A DNA stretch of 64,000 nt from Longimicrobiales bacterium (GTDB lineage Bacteria > Gemmatimonadota > Gemmatimonadetes > Longimicrobiales > Gaopeijiaceae), in NCBI GenBank assembly GCA_965204735.1, contig OZ242008.1, positions 800,001-864,000 of the forward strand. Direction: 5' to 3'. Below, in pieces: positions 19,578 to 33,100 of this stretch. The stretch's first letter is position 1. The number at the start of each line of letters is the position of its first letter. The translations under genes were made by a program, and so were the position numbers. The notes under the pieces are model-generated. The model worked only from the letters and a program-made list of their open reading frames with translations, was not told where the DNA came from and searched no databases.

Positions 19578-20363
19578 ATGGACGAGAACAAGTACGTCAG
19601 GACCGAACGCGCCGGCGCGACCGCCACGGTGATCATCGACCGGCCGCGGAAGCTCAACGCCCTGAACCCGGTCGTGATCGAGGAGATCGACCAGGCGTTC
19701 GCCGGCTTGCGGGAAGACGACGCGGTGCGCGGGGTGCTCCTCGCAGGCGCGGGCGACAAGGCGTTCGTGGCGGGGGCCGACATCGGCGTCCTCGCCGAGA
19801 TGAAGCCCCTCTCCGGGGCCGAGGTCAGCCGCCAGGGGCAGGCGGTCCTCCGACGGATCGAGGGCTTCCCGAAGCCGGTGGTGGCCGCGGTGGGCGGCTA
19901 CGCGCTGGGAGGGGGATGCGAGCTGGCGCTGGCGTGCCATCTGCGGGTGGCGAGCGAGCGGGCCAAGTTCGGCCTGCCGGAAGTGGGGCTGGGGATCATC
20001 CCGGGCTACGGAGGCACGGTGCGCCTCGCCCGGTTGGTGGGATTGGGCCGCGCGATGGAGATCGTCTTGACCGGGGAGATGATCGACGCGCAACGGGCTT
20101 TCGAGATCGGCCTGGTCAACGCCGTGGCGCCCCACGGCGAGCTCATGGAGCGGGCCGGGAAGCTCCTGGCCCGGATCGTTCGGAACGGTCCGGTGGCCCT
20201 CGAGATGGCCCTCAAGTCCATGTACGCGGCGGCGGAGAACCCGATGGAGCACGCCCTGGCGCTGGAGTCGTCCCTCTTCGGCCTCCTGGCTTCCACGGAC
20301 GACATGAAGGAAGGCATGGCGGCGTTCCTGCAAAAGCGCAAGGCGCGCTTCAAGGGGCGGTAG
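19578..20363 (+). CDS. Enoyl-CoA hydratase/crotonase family protein
   Basis: RPRKLNAL, AFVAGADI, ALGGGCELALAC, GLPEVGLGIIPGYGGT. Confidence 0.92.
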   Translation: MDENKYVRTERAGATATVIIDRPRKLNALNPVVIEEIDQAFAGLREDDAVRGVLLAGAGDKAFVAGADIGVLAEMKPLSGAEVSRQGQAVLRRIEGFPKPVVAAVGGYALGGGCELALACHLRVASERAKFGLPEVGLGIIPGYGGTVRLARLVGLGRAMEIVLTGEMIDAQRAFEIGLVNAVAPHGELMERAGKLLARIVRNGPVALEMALKSMYAAAENPMEHALALESSLFGLLASTDDMKEGMAAFLQKRKARFKGR

Positions 20364-20522
20364 GCGTCCCCGGACGCGCCAAGGCTCGGCTGCTCCGCGA
20401 CCGCATCGAGGCCGTCACCGGACGGCGTCCCCCGGCGCGCCAAGGCTCGGCCGGGGCCCCGCCGGCGCCCGTTCTCCGTTACATTCAATCATGTCCGACG
20501 CTCTCCTCGTCCGGCCTTCGTC

Positions 20523-21658
20523 GTGGTCCTGGTGGTCCTGAGGGAGTTGGAGCTGCGCCACTTCCGGAACCTGGGAGTCCAGAGTCTGCGGTTCCCTCCG
20601 GAGGGCGTGGCCGTCGTCGGAGACAACGCCCAAGGGAAGTCGAACCTGCTGGAGGCGGTCTACTACCTGGAGAGCTTTCGATCGTTCCGAGGAGCCGGCG
20701 ACGGTCAGCTCGTGGCGTTCTCCGAAGACGTGTTCCACCTGCGGGGCGACGTCGCCGGCGAGAGGCCGGCCACGGTGTCGGCCGGCTTCGACCGGAAAGG
20801 GAAGAGGAAGAAGGTGACCGTGGACGGAAACGAAGCGCCCCGGATCGCCGACGCCCTGGGAAGGCTGGGCGCGGTGGCCTTCTCCCCGGCGGACGCCGAT
20901 CTGGTCGGCGGCGGGCCCGGAGGACGGCGACGCTTCCTCGACGTCGTGCTCTCGCTGAACCTGCCGGGGTACGTGAAGGCCCTCCAGGGGTACCGCCGGG
21001 CGCTGGTTCAGCGGAACGCGGCGCTTCGCGCAGGTTCGGGACGGGCCGCCGCGCAGGCGTGGGAGGGCGGCTTGGTCGAGCAGGGCGCGACGGTGGCCGC
21101 CGGGCGCCACGAGTGGGTCGCCGCGTGGGCGGACTCCTTCGCCCGCTACTACCGCGCGGTGTCGGGGGGCGGCGTCGCGTCCATGGAGTACCGGCCGAAC
21201 CTGGACGCCGGGGCGGACGCCTGCGACGGCGACCGCTACCCGACGGACGCCGCCCGAGATCGCTTTCGGCGGCGCCTCGACGACGAGTGGGAGGAAGACG
21301 CGCGACGGGGCTCGACCCGCGCCGGTCCTCACCGGGACGAGCTCCGGATCGCCGTCGAGTCCGGCGGGCGCCGGGTTCCGGCCCGCGCCTACGGCTCCGG
21401 CGGGCAGCGCCGCACCGCGGCCCTGGCGCTTCGCTTGGTCGAAGCGGCCACGATCCGCCGCCAGCGGGGCGCCGAGCCGATCCTGCTGCTGGACGACGCC
21501 TTCGCCGAGCTCGACCCAGGCCGGTCGGAACGGGTGATGGCGCTCATGGAGGCAGAGGGACGGGGCCAAGTGATCCTCACTGCGCCGAAGGAGTCGGACG
21601 TGCGGTTGCGGAGCATGTCGCTGGCCCGCTGGCGGATCCGCGGCGGAGCGATCGAGGC

Positions 21659-21662
<4 letters not shown>
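20523..21662 (+). CDS. recF: DNA replication/repair protein RecF
   Basis: FRNL, GDNAQGKSNLLEA, GGPGGRRRFLD, GPHRDEL, GSGGQRR, LLLDDAFAELD. Confidence 0.95.
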
Positions 21663-24032
<2,370 letters not shown>

Positions 24033-24033
24033 C

Positions 24034-25521
24034 GTGACGACAATGCGCGGAGCGGGGACGGCAGGTCGGAGACGTCCGGCCGGCCGGGAGCCTGCGGGAG
24101 CGGAGCTTGCCGTGGTTGCCGTGGCCGTGGTCGGACTCGTGGCGACGGCTTGCGGCGACGGCGGCGCCGAGCCCGACGAGTTCACGGGCACGCCCAACAC
24201 GCCGCCGGTGGCGTCGTTCACGGTGGACGTGGAGGAGGGCGACGCGCCGCTGGAAGTGCGCTTCGACGGCAGCGCTTCGGCGGACCCGGACGGCGCCGTC
24301 GTCGGCTGGGCGTGGACGTTCGGGGACGGGGCGAACGGTTCCGGCCGCACCACGACCCACGTGTACGGGGAGGTCGGCTCCCATACGCCCGCCCTGACCG
24401 TGACCGACGAGCGAGGGGCGACCGACACCCAGCAGGGAAGCGCCATCACCGTGAACAGCCCGCCGGGGACGGGCGACAACGAGATCGCCGGAGTGGTGTG
24501 GCACGACGCCGACGCCGACGGCGAGCGGGACGAGGACGAGCAGACGATCCCAGGGTTCGTGGTCTTCCTGGACGCGAACGGAAACGGCGCCAGGGACTCC
24601 ACCGAGAGCGCGGCGGTCACCAACGACGACGGCGAGTACGGCTTCGAGGGGCTGGACGGACGCGAGCCCTACACCGTCACCCAGGAGATGACCCTGGGCT
24701 GGACCAACACCGCGCCCGGGGTTCCCGGGGCGCCGACGCCGGAGCGGGCGCTGCCGATCATCGGGGGCGAGCCGGCCGATTCCGGGGCGTTCCGCTTCCA
24801 GGTGGCGCTGACGAGAACGCGCGGCGCGCGGTTCGCGAACTGCGGCGGCACCTTCGTCGCGCCGGGGTGGGTGCTGACGGCGGCCCACTGCGTGGACGGC
24901 GGCGTGGACCCTTCCACCATGCAAGTGCTGGCGGGCACCCACGACTTGCGCCAGGGGGGCGAGTTCATCGACGTGGCGCGGATTGTCATCCACCCCCGCT
25001 ACGGCACCTCTGCCGTCGCCAACGACATCGCCCTGCTGCAGCTGGCGGGACGCTACGACTATCCGCGGATCGAGCTTCTGACGCCGGACCGGGCCAAGCT
25101 GGCGGAGCCCGGAACGACGGCGACCACGATCGGATGGGGCCTCACGTCGGAGGGAGGCAGCGCGTCGCCGCTGCTCAAGAAGCTGGAATCGCAGATCATC
25201 AGCAACGACGAGTGCAAGACCCATCTGGACTCGGCCGTGGTGGACGCGACGATCTGCGCAGGGATGCTGGGCGCGTCGGAGTCCACCTGCAACGGCGACT
25301 CGGGGGGACCGCTGATGGTGCCCTTTCGAGGGCGTTGGGTTCAGGTGGGCATCGTCAGCTTCGGCACCAACATCTGCTACCAGCCCACGGCCTACGCCCG
25401 CGTGTCCGCGCTGGTCGACCACGTGCTGGCCAACATCCCGCCCGAACCGTCGGGCGCCGTGGTGGTGGACTGGAGCGACGGCGCAACGACGGCGGAGGTG
25501 AACTTTGGGAATTACCGGTAA
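24034..25521 (+). CDS. Lipoprotein with PKD domain, SdrD-B-like domain and S1 serine protease domain
   Basis: ATAC lipobox; WTFGDG (PKD); VFLDANGNG; IIGG, TAAHC, DIALL, GDSGGP. Confidence 0.88.
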   Translation: MTTMRGAGTAGRRRPAGREPAGAELAVVAVAVVGLVATACGDGGAEPDEFTGTPNTPPVASFTVDVEEGDAPLEVRFDGSASADPDGAVVGWAWTFGDGANGSGRTTTHVYGEVGSHTPALTVTDERGATDTQQGSAITVNSPPGTGDNEIAGVVWHDADADGERDEDEQTIPGFVVFLDANGNGARDSTESAAVTNDDGEYGFEGLDGREPYTVTQEMTLGWTNTAPGVPGAPTPERALPIIGGEPADSGAFRFQVALTRTRGARFANCGGTFVAPGWVLTAAHCVDGGVDPSTMQVLAGTHDLRQGGEFIDVARIVIHPRYGTSAVANDIALLQLAGRYDYPRIELLTPDRAKLAEPGTTATTIGWGLTSEGGSASPLLKKLESQIISNDECKTHLDSAVVDATICAGMLGASESTCNGDSGGPLMVPFRGRWVQVGIVSFGTNICYQPTAYARVSALVDHVLANIPPEPSGAVVVDWSDGATTAEVNFGNYR

Positions 25522-25625
25522 GGTGGCGCACCGAAACGGTGGGCCGTAACGTGAAGAACCTTCCTGCGAACCGCAGGACCGACGGCGGCGCGTGCGCGCC
25601 GATCGACCCGCAGCATGGAGAGACC

Positions 25626-28556
25626 ATGAGCAGAACCTTACGTGCGAACGCTGTTGCCCTTCTTGCCGCGCTGAGTGCGCTGGCGGGCGGGGCATCCCCT
25701 GCCCTGGCCCAGACGGGCGTCGTCCAGGGACAGGTGGTGGACGCTTCTTCGATGCGTCCGCTCTCCGACGCCCAAATCCTGGTCGAGGGGACCGGGATCG
25801 GCCAGCTGGCCAACGCCTCCGGGCGCTTCGTGCTCCTGAACGTGCCGGCCGGCGACCACGTCGTGCGCGTGACGCTGATCGGCTACAGCGAGGCCGAGCA
25901 GAGCGTGACCGTGGCGCCCGGCCAGACCGTAACGATAGACGTCTCGCTTCATTCCACGGCGATCTCCCTGGACGAGCTGGTGGTTACGGGCGTCGGCGCG
26001 GAGACCGCCCGGCGAGCCCTGGGCACTTCCGTGGAGGTCGTGGGCGCCGAAGAGATCGCGGTGGCCCCGGTCCAGTCGGTGGCCACGTTCCTCCAAGGAC
26101 GGGTGCCGGGCGCGACGGTGAACGCCACGTCGGCCCAGCCGGGCACGGGCTCCCTGATCAACTTCCGCGGCGTCTCGTCGGTCTTCGGCGCCCAAACGCC
26201 GATCATCTACGTGGACGGCGTGCGCGTGGACAACGACCAGTCCACCGCAGCCGGCACCGGCGGAGAGCAGTCCTCGGCGCTGGCCGACCTGCTCACCACG
26301 GACATCGAGCGGATCGAGGTCACCAAGGGCGGCGCCGCGTCCACGTTGTATGGCTCCGACGCGGCGACCGGGGTGATCCAGGTCTTCACGAGGAAGGGAA
26401 CTCCAGGAGCGCCGCGGATCACCGGCCGGATCGAGCAGGGGATCGAGCTCCCCGAACTCAAGTACATCTTCGACACGCGGCTGGCGTTCCCCGACCAAGT
26501 CGAGTCGGGCGAGGTGACCGGCACGTTCATGGAGGACGTCTTCTTCAAGAGCGGCCACACTCAGAACTACTACTTGGGCGTCTCCGGCGGAACCGCCGAC
26601 GTGACGTACAACGTCAGCGGACGGCTTGAAGAGAAGGACGGGACCCAGCCCAAGGACGGCAGCACCAACTACAGCCTTCGGGGCGGGATCCAGGCGTCCC
26701 TGACCGAGAACTTCACTTTCGAGTTCTCCGGCAGCTACGTGCGCCACAACTTCGACCGTCTCTACAACGGATCGGCCATCGCTGATCCGCTGACCACTTT
26801 CGAAGTGGGCGACGCCCTCTTCTTTTCGCGAGCGTCCACGCTGCAGGAGGCAATGGATATCTTCTTGCTGCCGGAGATCACCGAGTGGGTGAACCGGTCG
26901 ATCATGTCCGGCACGGCCCGCTGGCAGATCCGAGACGACCTTGGCTTCCGATTCACGCTGGGCACCGACAACCGAACCAATCAGCAACGCACGTACGAAC
27001 CCATCGGCTTCACGCCGGGCGAGCCCACCGGCGAGCTCCGCCGCTTCGACCGTTCTTTCACTTCCGTGTCGCTGGATGCGGGGCTGACGTACGATTGGAG
27101 CACCGCGGACGGTGTTGTCGGCACCGCCACGTCAATCGGAGTCCAAGGCTTTCGGGACGACGAGAGCACCATCGTCGGCCGCGGTCGAACCTTTGGCCTG
27201 CCGGGCACCTTCGACTTCGGATCGGCTGCCGAGATCGTAGCCGACGAAGGCAATGTCGAGCTGTTCAGCGGCGGCGTTTACGTGGACGAACAGGTGAGCC
27301 TGTGGGACAAGCTCTACGTGGGCGGCGGCTTCCGGATCGACGCCGCCTCCAGCTTCGGCGACAACATCGACTACGAGTTCTACCCCAAGGCTACCGGCTC
27401 CTACATCTTGTCGGAGGACCTTCCTCTTTCGTTCGTCGACGAGTTCAAGCTCCGCGCGGCCTACGGGCAGGCTGGCAACTTTCCCGGAAACTTCCTGAAG
27501 GACAGGACCTTTTCGTCCACCTCCTTCCGGGGCGAGGCGGCGCCTCGCTTCTCGAACCCCGGGAACGCCGAGCTTCGGGCCGAGACCACGTCCACGATAG
27601 AAGTCGGCTTCGACGCGGCGCTCCTGAACAACCGGATCGGCCTCAACTTCACTTGGTACGACGCAGTTACCTCCGACGCTCTCTTCCAGGTGCCCCGTCA
27701 ACCGGTCACGGGCCAGGGCACGCAGCAGGAGAACGTGGGGCAAATACGCAACACCGGAGTGGAGGTCGCCGCCAACTTCCAGCTGTTGAACAAGCGTGGC
27801 TTCGCGTGGTCGGCGGGCGGCAGCTTCCAGTGGGTGGACAACCGAGTGACGGACATGGGCGGCGTCGCCGACTTTGCCGTGGACGGGCAGAAGTGGGTGA
27901 CTGAAGGTCAGCCCATCGGTACTTGGCGCCTGACTACCCCGATAGACACCAACAACGACAACTTGCCGGACGCCTCCCAGCGTGTCTACACCGGATACCA
28001 CCCGGTGCCGAACAAGAGCGGCGGCGTCAACACCACGATCTCGGTAGGCAGCAACCTCACCATCAGTGCACTGGCCGACTGGGCTGGCGGTCACCACGCC
28101 TTCGACTTTGGTTCGGTGTGGGCCACGTTCAACGGCATCTACCGCTTGGAAAGACTCAACTGCGGCTTGGATTGGCTTGATCCGCGGATCGAGGGCAACC
28201 CTGATGGTCCCACCTGCGCCTCTGCCTTTCCGGTACAGTTCGACACCGCCGGTGTAGGCAAGAGAAAGTACAGCCAGAGTTCCGCTCGAAGCGCCTTTCT
28301 TTACGACGGCGACTACTTCAAGCTAAGAGAAGTGTCGGTGCGCTACGTGCTGCCCGAGAGCATAGTCCAGTACGCTGGAGCAAGCCGAGGGACGATCTAC
28401 GCAACGGGCCGAAACCTTTGGATATGGTCCCGCAACCAGCTCCTTGACGGCGAACTCAATGGCCTTAGCGGCGGCGGTTTGCAGCTGGGCAGCGAGAGCA
28501 GCGTCACCTTGCCTCCCAACCGGACCTTCCGGCTTGGCGTGGAGGTGGTGTTCTAA
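25626..28556 (+). CDS. SusC/RagA-like TonB-dependent receptor
   Basis: Signal peptide, carboxypeptidase-regulatory-like domain, LDELVVTG, DIERIEVTKGGAASTLYGSDA, KLRAAYG, terminal F. Confidence 0.92.
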   Translation: MSRTLRANAVALLAALSALAGGASPALAQTGVVQGQVVDASSMRPLSDAQILVEGTGIGQLANASGRFVLLNVPAGDHVVRVTLIGYSEAEQSVTVAPGQTVTIDVSLHSTAISLDELVVTGVGAETARRALGTSVEVVGAEEIAVAPVQSVATFLQGRVPGATVNATSAQPGTGSLINFRGVSSVFGAQTPIIYVDGVRVDNDQSTAAGTGGEQSSALADLLTTDIERIEVTKGGAASTLYGSDAATGVIQVFTRKGTPGAPRITGRIEQGIELPELKYIFDTRLAFPDQVESGEVTGTFMEDVFFKSGHTQNYYLGVSGGTADVTYNVSGRLEEKDGTQPKDGSTNYSLRGGIQASLTENFTFEFSGSYVRHNFDRLYNGSAIADPLTTFEVGDALFFSRASTLQEAMDIFLLPEITEWVNRSIMSGTARWQIRDDLGFRFTLGTDNRTNQQRTYEPIGFTPGEPTGELRRFDRSFTSVSLDAGLTYDWSTADGVVGTATSIGVQGFRDDESTIVGRGRTFGLPGTFDFGSAAEIVADEGNVELFSGGVYVDEQVSLWDKLYVGGGFRIDAASSFGDNIDYEFYPKATGSYILSEDLPLSFVDEFKLRAAYGQAGNFPGNFLKDRTFSSTSFRGEAAPRFSNPGNAELRAETTSTIEVGFDAALLNNRIGLNFTWYDAVTSDALFQVPRQPVTGQGTQQENVGQIRNTGVEVAANFQLLNKRGFAWSAGGSFQWVDNRVTDMGGVADFAVDGQKWVTEGQPIGTWRLTTPIDTNNDNLPDASQRVYTGYHPVPNKSGGVNTTISVGSNLTISALADWAGGHHAFDFGSVWATFNGIYRLERLNCGLDWLDPRIEGNPDGPTCASAFPVQFDTAGVGKRKYSQSSARSAFLYDGDYFKLREVSVRYVLPESIVQYAGASRGTIYATGRNLWIWSRNQLLDGELNGLSGGGLQLGSESSVTLPPNRTFRLGVEVVF

Positions 28557-28557
28557 C

Positions 28558-30054
28558 ATGGCCAAGGAGACTCGACCGATGAACGACGCAAAGACCTTCG
28601 GCGTCAAGCTCAAGCAAGCGTCCTGCGTCCTCCTGGCCGCTCTGGGCGTGCTGACCGGCTGCGACGCCATCGACCCCACCGAGGTCGACAACCCCACCAC
28701 CACCGACAACGACCTCGCCGAGGCGAGCAATCCCACCGAGGCGCTGCTTCCTGGACTCCGCGCCCAGTTCGCGCGGATGATCAACGCCTACGTCGTGGCG
28801 GAAGTGGTCACCGACAACTACTCGATCCACGGCACCGGCATCGTAGTGGACCTGGACGACCCGAGTTCCATCAGGCCCGACATGATCAACTCGACGGGCA
28901 CCAGCGTCAGCGGCGTTTACTGGAACGTCCAGGAGCTCCGGGCGCTGGCGGACTTCGTCATCGACGAGATCGCGCCGACCGACCCCACGGCGTCGGCTGC
29001 CGACATCGCCGAGGCGCACTACTACCGGGGAATGGCCTTCCTGACGATGGGCGAGGTCTTTGTGGCAGCGCCTCACCAGGAAGACGGCACGCCCCAGTCG
29101 CCTGCGGCATCTCTGACCAAGGCGGTGGCCGACCTTCAGGCGGCAACTGCGTTCGGCACCCAAGCGAATGCGGCGCTGGCCCGGGCCCACCGCCTAATGG
29201 GCGACGCCGGAGCCGCCGAAGCCGCCGCCAACGCCGTGCTGAGCGCAGCGGCCGACTTTCTCTTCGCCCAGGACTACGACGCCAACTTCCTTAACAACAC
29301 GCCGGTGGCGTTCCTGGTGCTCCGCGCTCTGCAGGAGATGCAGCCGCTGCCCCGCCTCGACTTCCTCGATCCCAAGTACACGACCCGGGATGCCGCGATT
29401 CCCATTGCCAAGGCCGAGGAGATGCACCTGATCCTGGCCGAAGCAGCGTTGGCCTCGGGCAACTTGTCGGGCGCGGCGGCACAGCTGAAGATGGCGATCG
29501 ACCTTGCTGCAACGCGGGATATGGTCACCTTCGACGACAACGACGAGCGGAGGAACGCGGACCTCACCTTCCGGCCCCGAAACTCGGAGATCGTGGTTCG
29601 CGCCGATGCGGACAGTCCGTTCCGTTCCGGCCTGGTGCTGGACCGGCCTGCGGACGATCTGGAGATCCCCGCGATCTCCGGCACGTCGCTGGACGCCGAC
29701 AGCGTGGCGGGGCTGGATGACGCCGACGAGCTTTGGCACGCCCTGTGGCTGGCTCGCCAAGAGATCATGCTGCTGGAGGGTCGGCGGTTGGCGGACCTGC
29801 AGATCAGGCTTCCGATGATGCTCCGCGAGATCGACCAGAACGACAACATCAACGAGGGCGACCAGGGCACGGAGGTCGCCCATCCTACTTGGCTGCCCGT
29901 GGACCCGCGGTACGCCATGGACATCTACGCGCCCATGAAATCGCTCTACACCAGCAACGAGGCCGACGCAGAGTTGATGACGACCGAGGTGACGATCAAC
30001 GTCGACATGAACCGCGTGCTGACGGAGAACCGCGCTTCGCCTTTCCAGAGGTAG
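28558..30054 (+). CDS. SusD/RagB-like lipoprotein
   Basis: LTGC lipobox, AHYYRGMAF, EEMHLILAEA, LLEGRRLADL; directly after the SusC-like gene. Confidence 0.82.
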   Translation: MAKETRPMNDAKTFGVKLKQASCVLLAALGVLTGCDAIDPTEVDNPTTTDNDLAEASNPTEALLPGLRAQFARMINAYVVAEVVTDNYSIHGTGIVVDLDDPSSIRPDMINSTGTSVSGVYWNVQELRALADFVIDEIAPTDPTASAADIAEAHYYRGMAFLTMGEVFVAAPHQEDGTPQSPAASLTKAVADLQAATAFGTQANAALARAHRLMGDAGAAEAAANAVLSAAADFLFAQDYDANFLNNTPVAFLVLRALQEMQPLPRLDFLDPKYTTRDAAIPIAKAEEMHLILAEAALASGNLSGAAAQLKMAIDLAATRDMVTFDDNDERRNADLTFRPRNSEIVVRADADSPFRSGLVLDRPADDLEIPAISGTSLDADSVAGLDDADELWHALWLARQEIMLLEGRRLADLQIRLPMMLREIDQNDNINEGDQGTEVAHPTWLPVDPRYAMDIYAPMKSLYTSNEADAELMTTEVTINVDMNRVLTENRASPFQR

Positions 30055-30090
30055 ACGGCGGGCGGCACGGCTTGGCCAATTCGCTGGACG

Positions 30091-30128
30091 CGCCGGTCGG
30101 CGGGGCTCTCCGGTCCCGTCGGCCGGCG
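30091..30128 (+). terminator. GC-rich hairpin after the susD-like gene
   Basis: cgccggtcggcggg...cccgtcggccggcg stem with G-U pairs; no clear U-tract. Confidence 0.35.
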
Positions 30129-30166
30129 GTGGTCGCCCGGGTTGGCGTGTCGGCGGTTCCGAACCG

Positions 30167-33100
30167 GTGAGCGACCAGCTCTCGTTGGACTTTGACGCTT
30201 CGGCGGGCGTGCCGAACGGCGCCGAAGCCGCCGCCGGCGAAGAAGTTCGCCGGAGTGGGGACGGCCGGGGAGACGGCGGCGGCGGCCCGGAAGCCGGCTT
30301 GCGCGACGACGGTGGCCCAGGACCCGCGTTCGACTCGACCTCCGTGCTGGTGCGGGAGCTGGCGAAGGTGGCGCGGGACCGGGCTGCGGCGCGCAAAGTC
30401 GTGGTGGCTCGCACCCGGGGCGAGGGCAAGGAGCTGCTTCGCCAAATAGCCTTGCGAGGCCAGTCGTGGGCGGGGGTCGAGGTCACGACGGTGCAGCCGT
30501 TGGCGTTGCAGGCGGCGATGCCTTCGATCTTGAGGCAGGGGGCGAGGGTAGCCGACCCCTTCGACGAGCAAGCGGTCGCCGAGCGCGCCCTGGACGACGC
30601 GGTTGCCGGCAGTGGCGGCCGCTTCGGGCGCTTTGTGAACAAGGTGGGGTTCCGGGATGCAGTGCGGAGGACGGTTGCGGCGCTGCGGGAGGGTGGCGTC
30701 CGAGCGAGGAAGCTGACGCCGGGCGTCGTCCGCGATCGGGAGAAGCAGGCGCTCGTCGCCGAGGTGCTGGGGCGGTACGAAGCGCTGCTGCACGAGGAAG
30801 GGCTGGTGGACTCGGCTGGGGTGCTGGAGCTTGCCCTGGCCGCGTTGGAGGAGGAAGGACGACGCGGGTCAGGGGCGCGGCCTGCCGGCGACGCCCCGGA
30901 CGCGGAGCGTGGCGGTCTATTGCGAAGCGGGCTCGGCGACCACGCCGTGTACCTCTTGCCGGGCCTCTCCGACAGGGGACTTTCGGGTCGGTTCGTGCGT
31001 GTGCTGGAGCGTCGGGGCGCCGTGCTCCTCAAGACCGACGCCGTGGAGGGGTTGCCGCGGCCCGCTCACCTGCTGTGGGACGTGAAGCCGCCGGAGGCGT
31101 CGGGCAGCTGGCTTCACGCGGTGGGCCGTCAGGCAGTCGCCGACGCGCAGGCGTTCAAGCGGATCGACCTCTTCGCGGCGGCGTCGGTGTACGACGAGCT
31201 GAGGGGGGTTCTGCGACGGGTCCTCGACCGGGGTGCGCGCTGGGACGAGGTCGAGATCGTCACGCCGGACCCGGTCACCTATGGTTCCGCCCTCCACGCC
31301 CTGGCCGGGCCGATGGGCATCCCGGTCAACTTCGGAGTGGGTCTTCCGGTGGAGCGGACTCGGCCCGGACGTGTGACGTCGGCCTACTTTCGCTGGATCG
31401 AAAACGGCTTTCAGGAACCCGTCTTCCGGGCGCTGGTGGAAGCGGAAGACGTGAGGGCGCCCGACCCCTGGGGATGGATTCGAGGGCCTCGACTGGCCCG
31501 GTCGCTGCGACGGCTGCGGATCGGCTGGGGGCGCCGGCGCTACCTCGACGCGGTGGAGCGGGCGCTGGCCGACCTGCCCGACGCCTCGAAGCGCCGGCAC
31601 GAGGACGACGAGCAGTTCGAGCGGCGGAAGAAGCGGACCGAGGAAGACATGCACGCCCTGCAAGCCGTGCTGGCGCCCGTGCTGGCAGCGACGCCCCACG
31701 CTGGCCCACGGGCGGAGCCGGCCGCAGCCGGAGTCCACTCTGCCGCTGCAGGGATCGGCTCCACCAGCTCTGCCGGCGTCTCCCCGGCCGAAGTGGCGAC
31801 CGGCGTGAAGAGCGTGCTGGCCTTGCTCGCCCCAGGCACCCCTGCCGACGATACGGCGCGGCAACGGCTGGTGGGCATCCTCGACCGGATCGAGGCCACC
31901 CAGACGCGCCTTACCGACTTCGCGTCGGCGTGCAACGTCGTGAAGGGGTTCCTTGAAGTGCGCGTCCCGGCCCCCAGGGCGGAGGGCAAGGCGCCGTGGG
32001 GCGCGGTCCCCGGCCACTTGCACCTCTCGGACTTCGAGCACGGCGGGGCTACCGGCCGTCCCTTCACCTTCGTCGTGGGAATGGACTCGTCCCGGTTTCC
32101 AGGCTCGGCGCTCGAAGACCCCCTCCTGCTGGACCAGGATCGGTGGCGGCTGGGCAAGGGCGTCCTTCCCCTGGCCAAGGAACGCTCCGCCGAAGCGCGC
32201 TTCCTCTTCGCGGGCCTCTTTGCCCGGCTGCGGGGCGAAGTCGCGTTGAGCTGCTGCCGCTGGGATCCGGCGGAAGCCCGCGAGCTCGACCCGGCGCCCG
32301 AGATGCTTCAGGCGCACCGGCTCAGGGAAGGGGACGGCTCCCTCGTCTTCCAGGACCTGGAAGTCGCGCTGGGTCTGTCCGAGTCCCGGCTGCCCCGACC
32401 GGAAGTGCAGGGGGACGTGGACGCCTCCGACGTGTGGCTGCGGGCGCTGGCCATCGACGGCGGCAGGCTTCGGAACGGGCTGGCGGCGGTCGGCCGCAGC
32501 CACCCTGGCCTTGCCCGCGGAATGGAAGTGGACAAGGCGCTGAGTCTCCCGGAAGCGTCGGTTCACGTGGGCATGCTGGGCGTCGGGACGGCGGCGAAAG
32601 CGGGCGCGGATCGGCCGTCGTACGCGGACCCGTTCGCAATGACCTACTCGGCAAGCAAGCTGGAGAGCCTGGGCGCCTGTCCGCGACGCTTCCTCCTTCA
32701 GCACGTCGTCCGAGCGAAGCCCCCGGACGACCCGGAGTTCGACCCGGGACGGTGGCTCGACGCCCGGGAGCGGGGCAGCCTTCTCCACTCCATCTTCGAG
32801 GGCGCCCTCTCCCGCGCCCGGGCCGACGGGCTGGACCTGGACGACGACGCCTTCCTGGCGCTGGCGCTGGAACTGGTCGACAAGGAGGGACAGAAGGCCC
32901 GCGCGAACATTCCTTCACCCAGCGAGGCGGTACGCAAGTGGGAGATTGAAGCCCTCCGCGACGACGCGCGATCGTTCGTCGAGATGATCCGCGACGACCG
33001 GCCCAGGTGGCTCGCGCTGGAGTGGCGCTTCGGCTTCGGCGACGAAGTGGTGGAGGCCGGCACCGCCGCCGAACCGATTCGCGTGGCGGGCGCCATCGAC

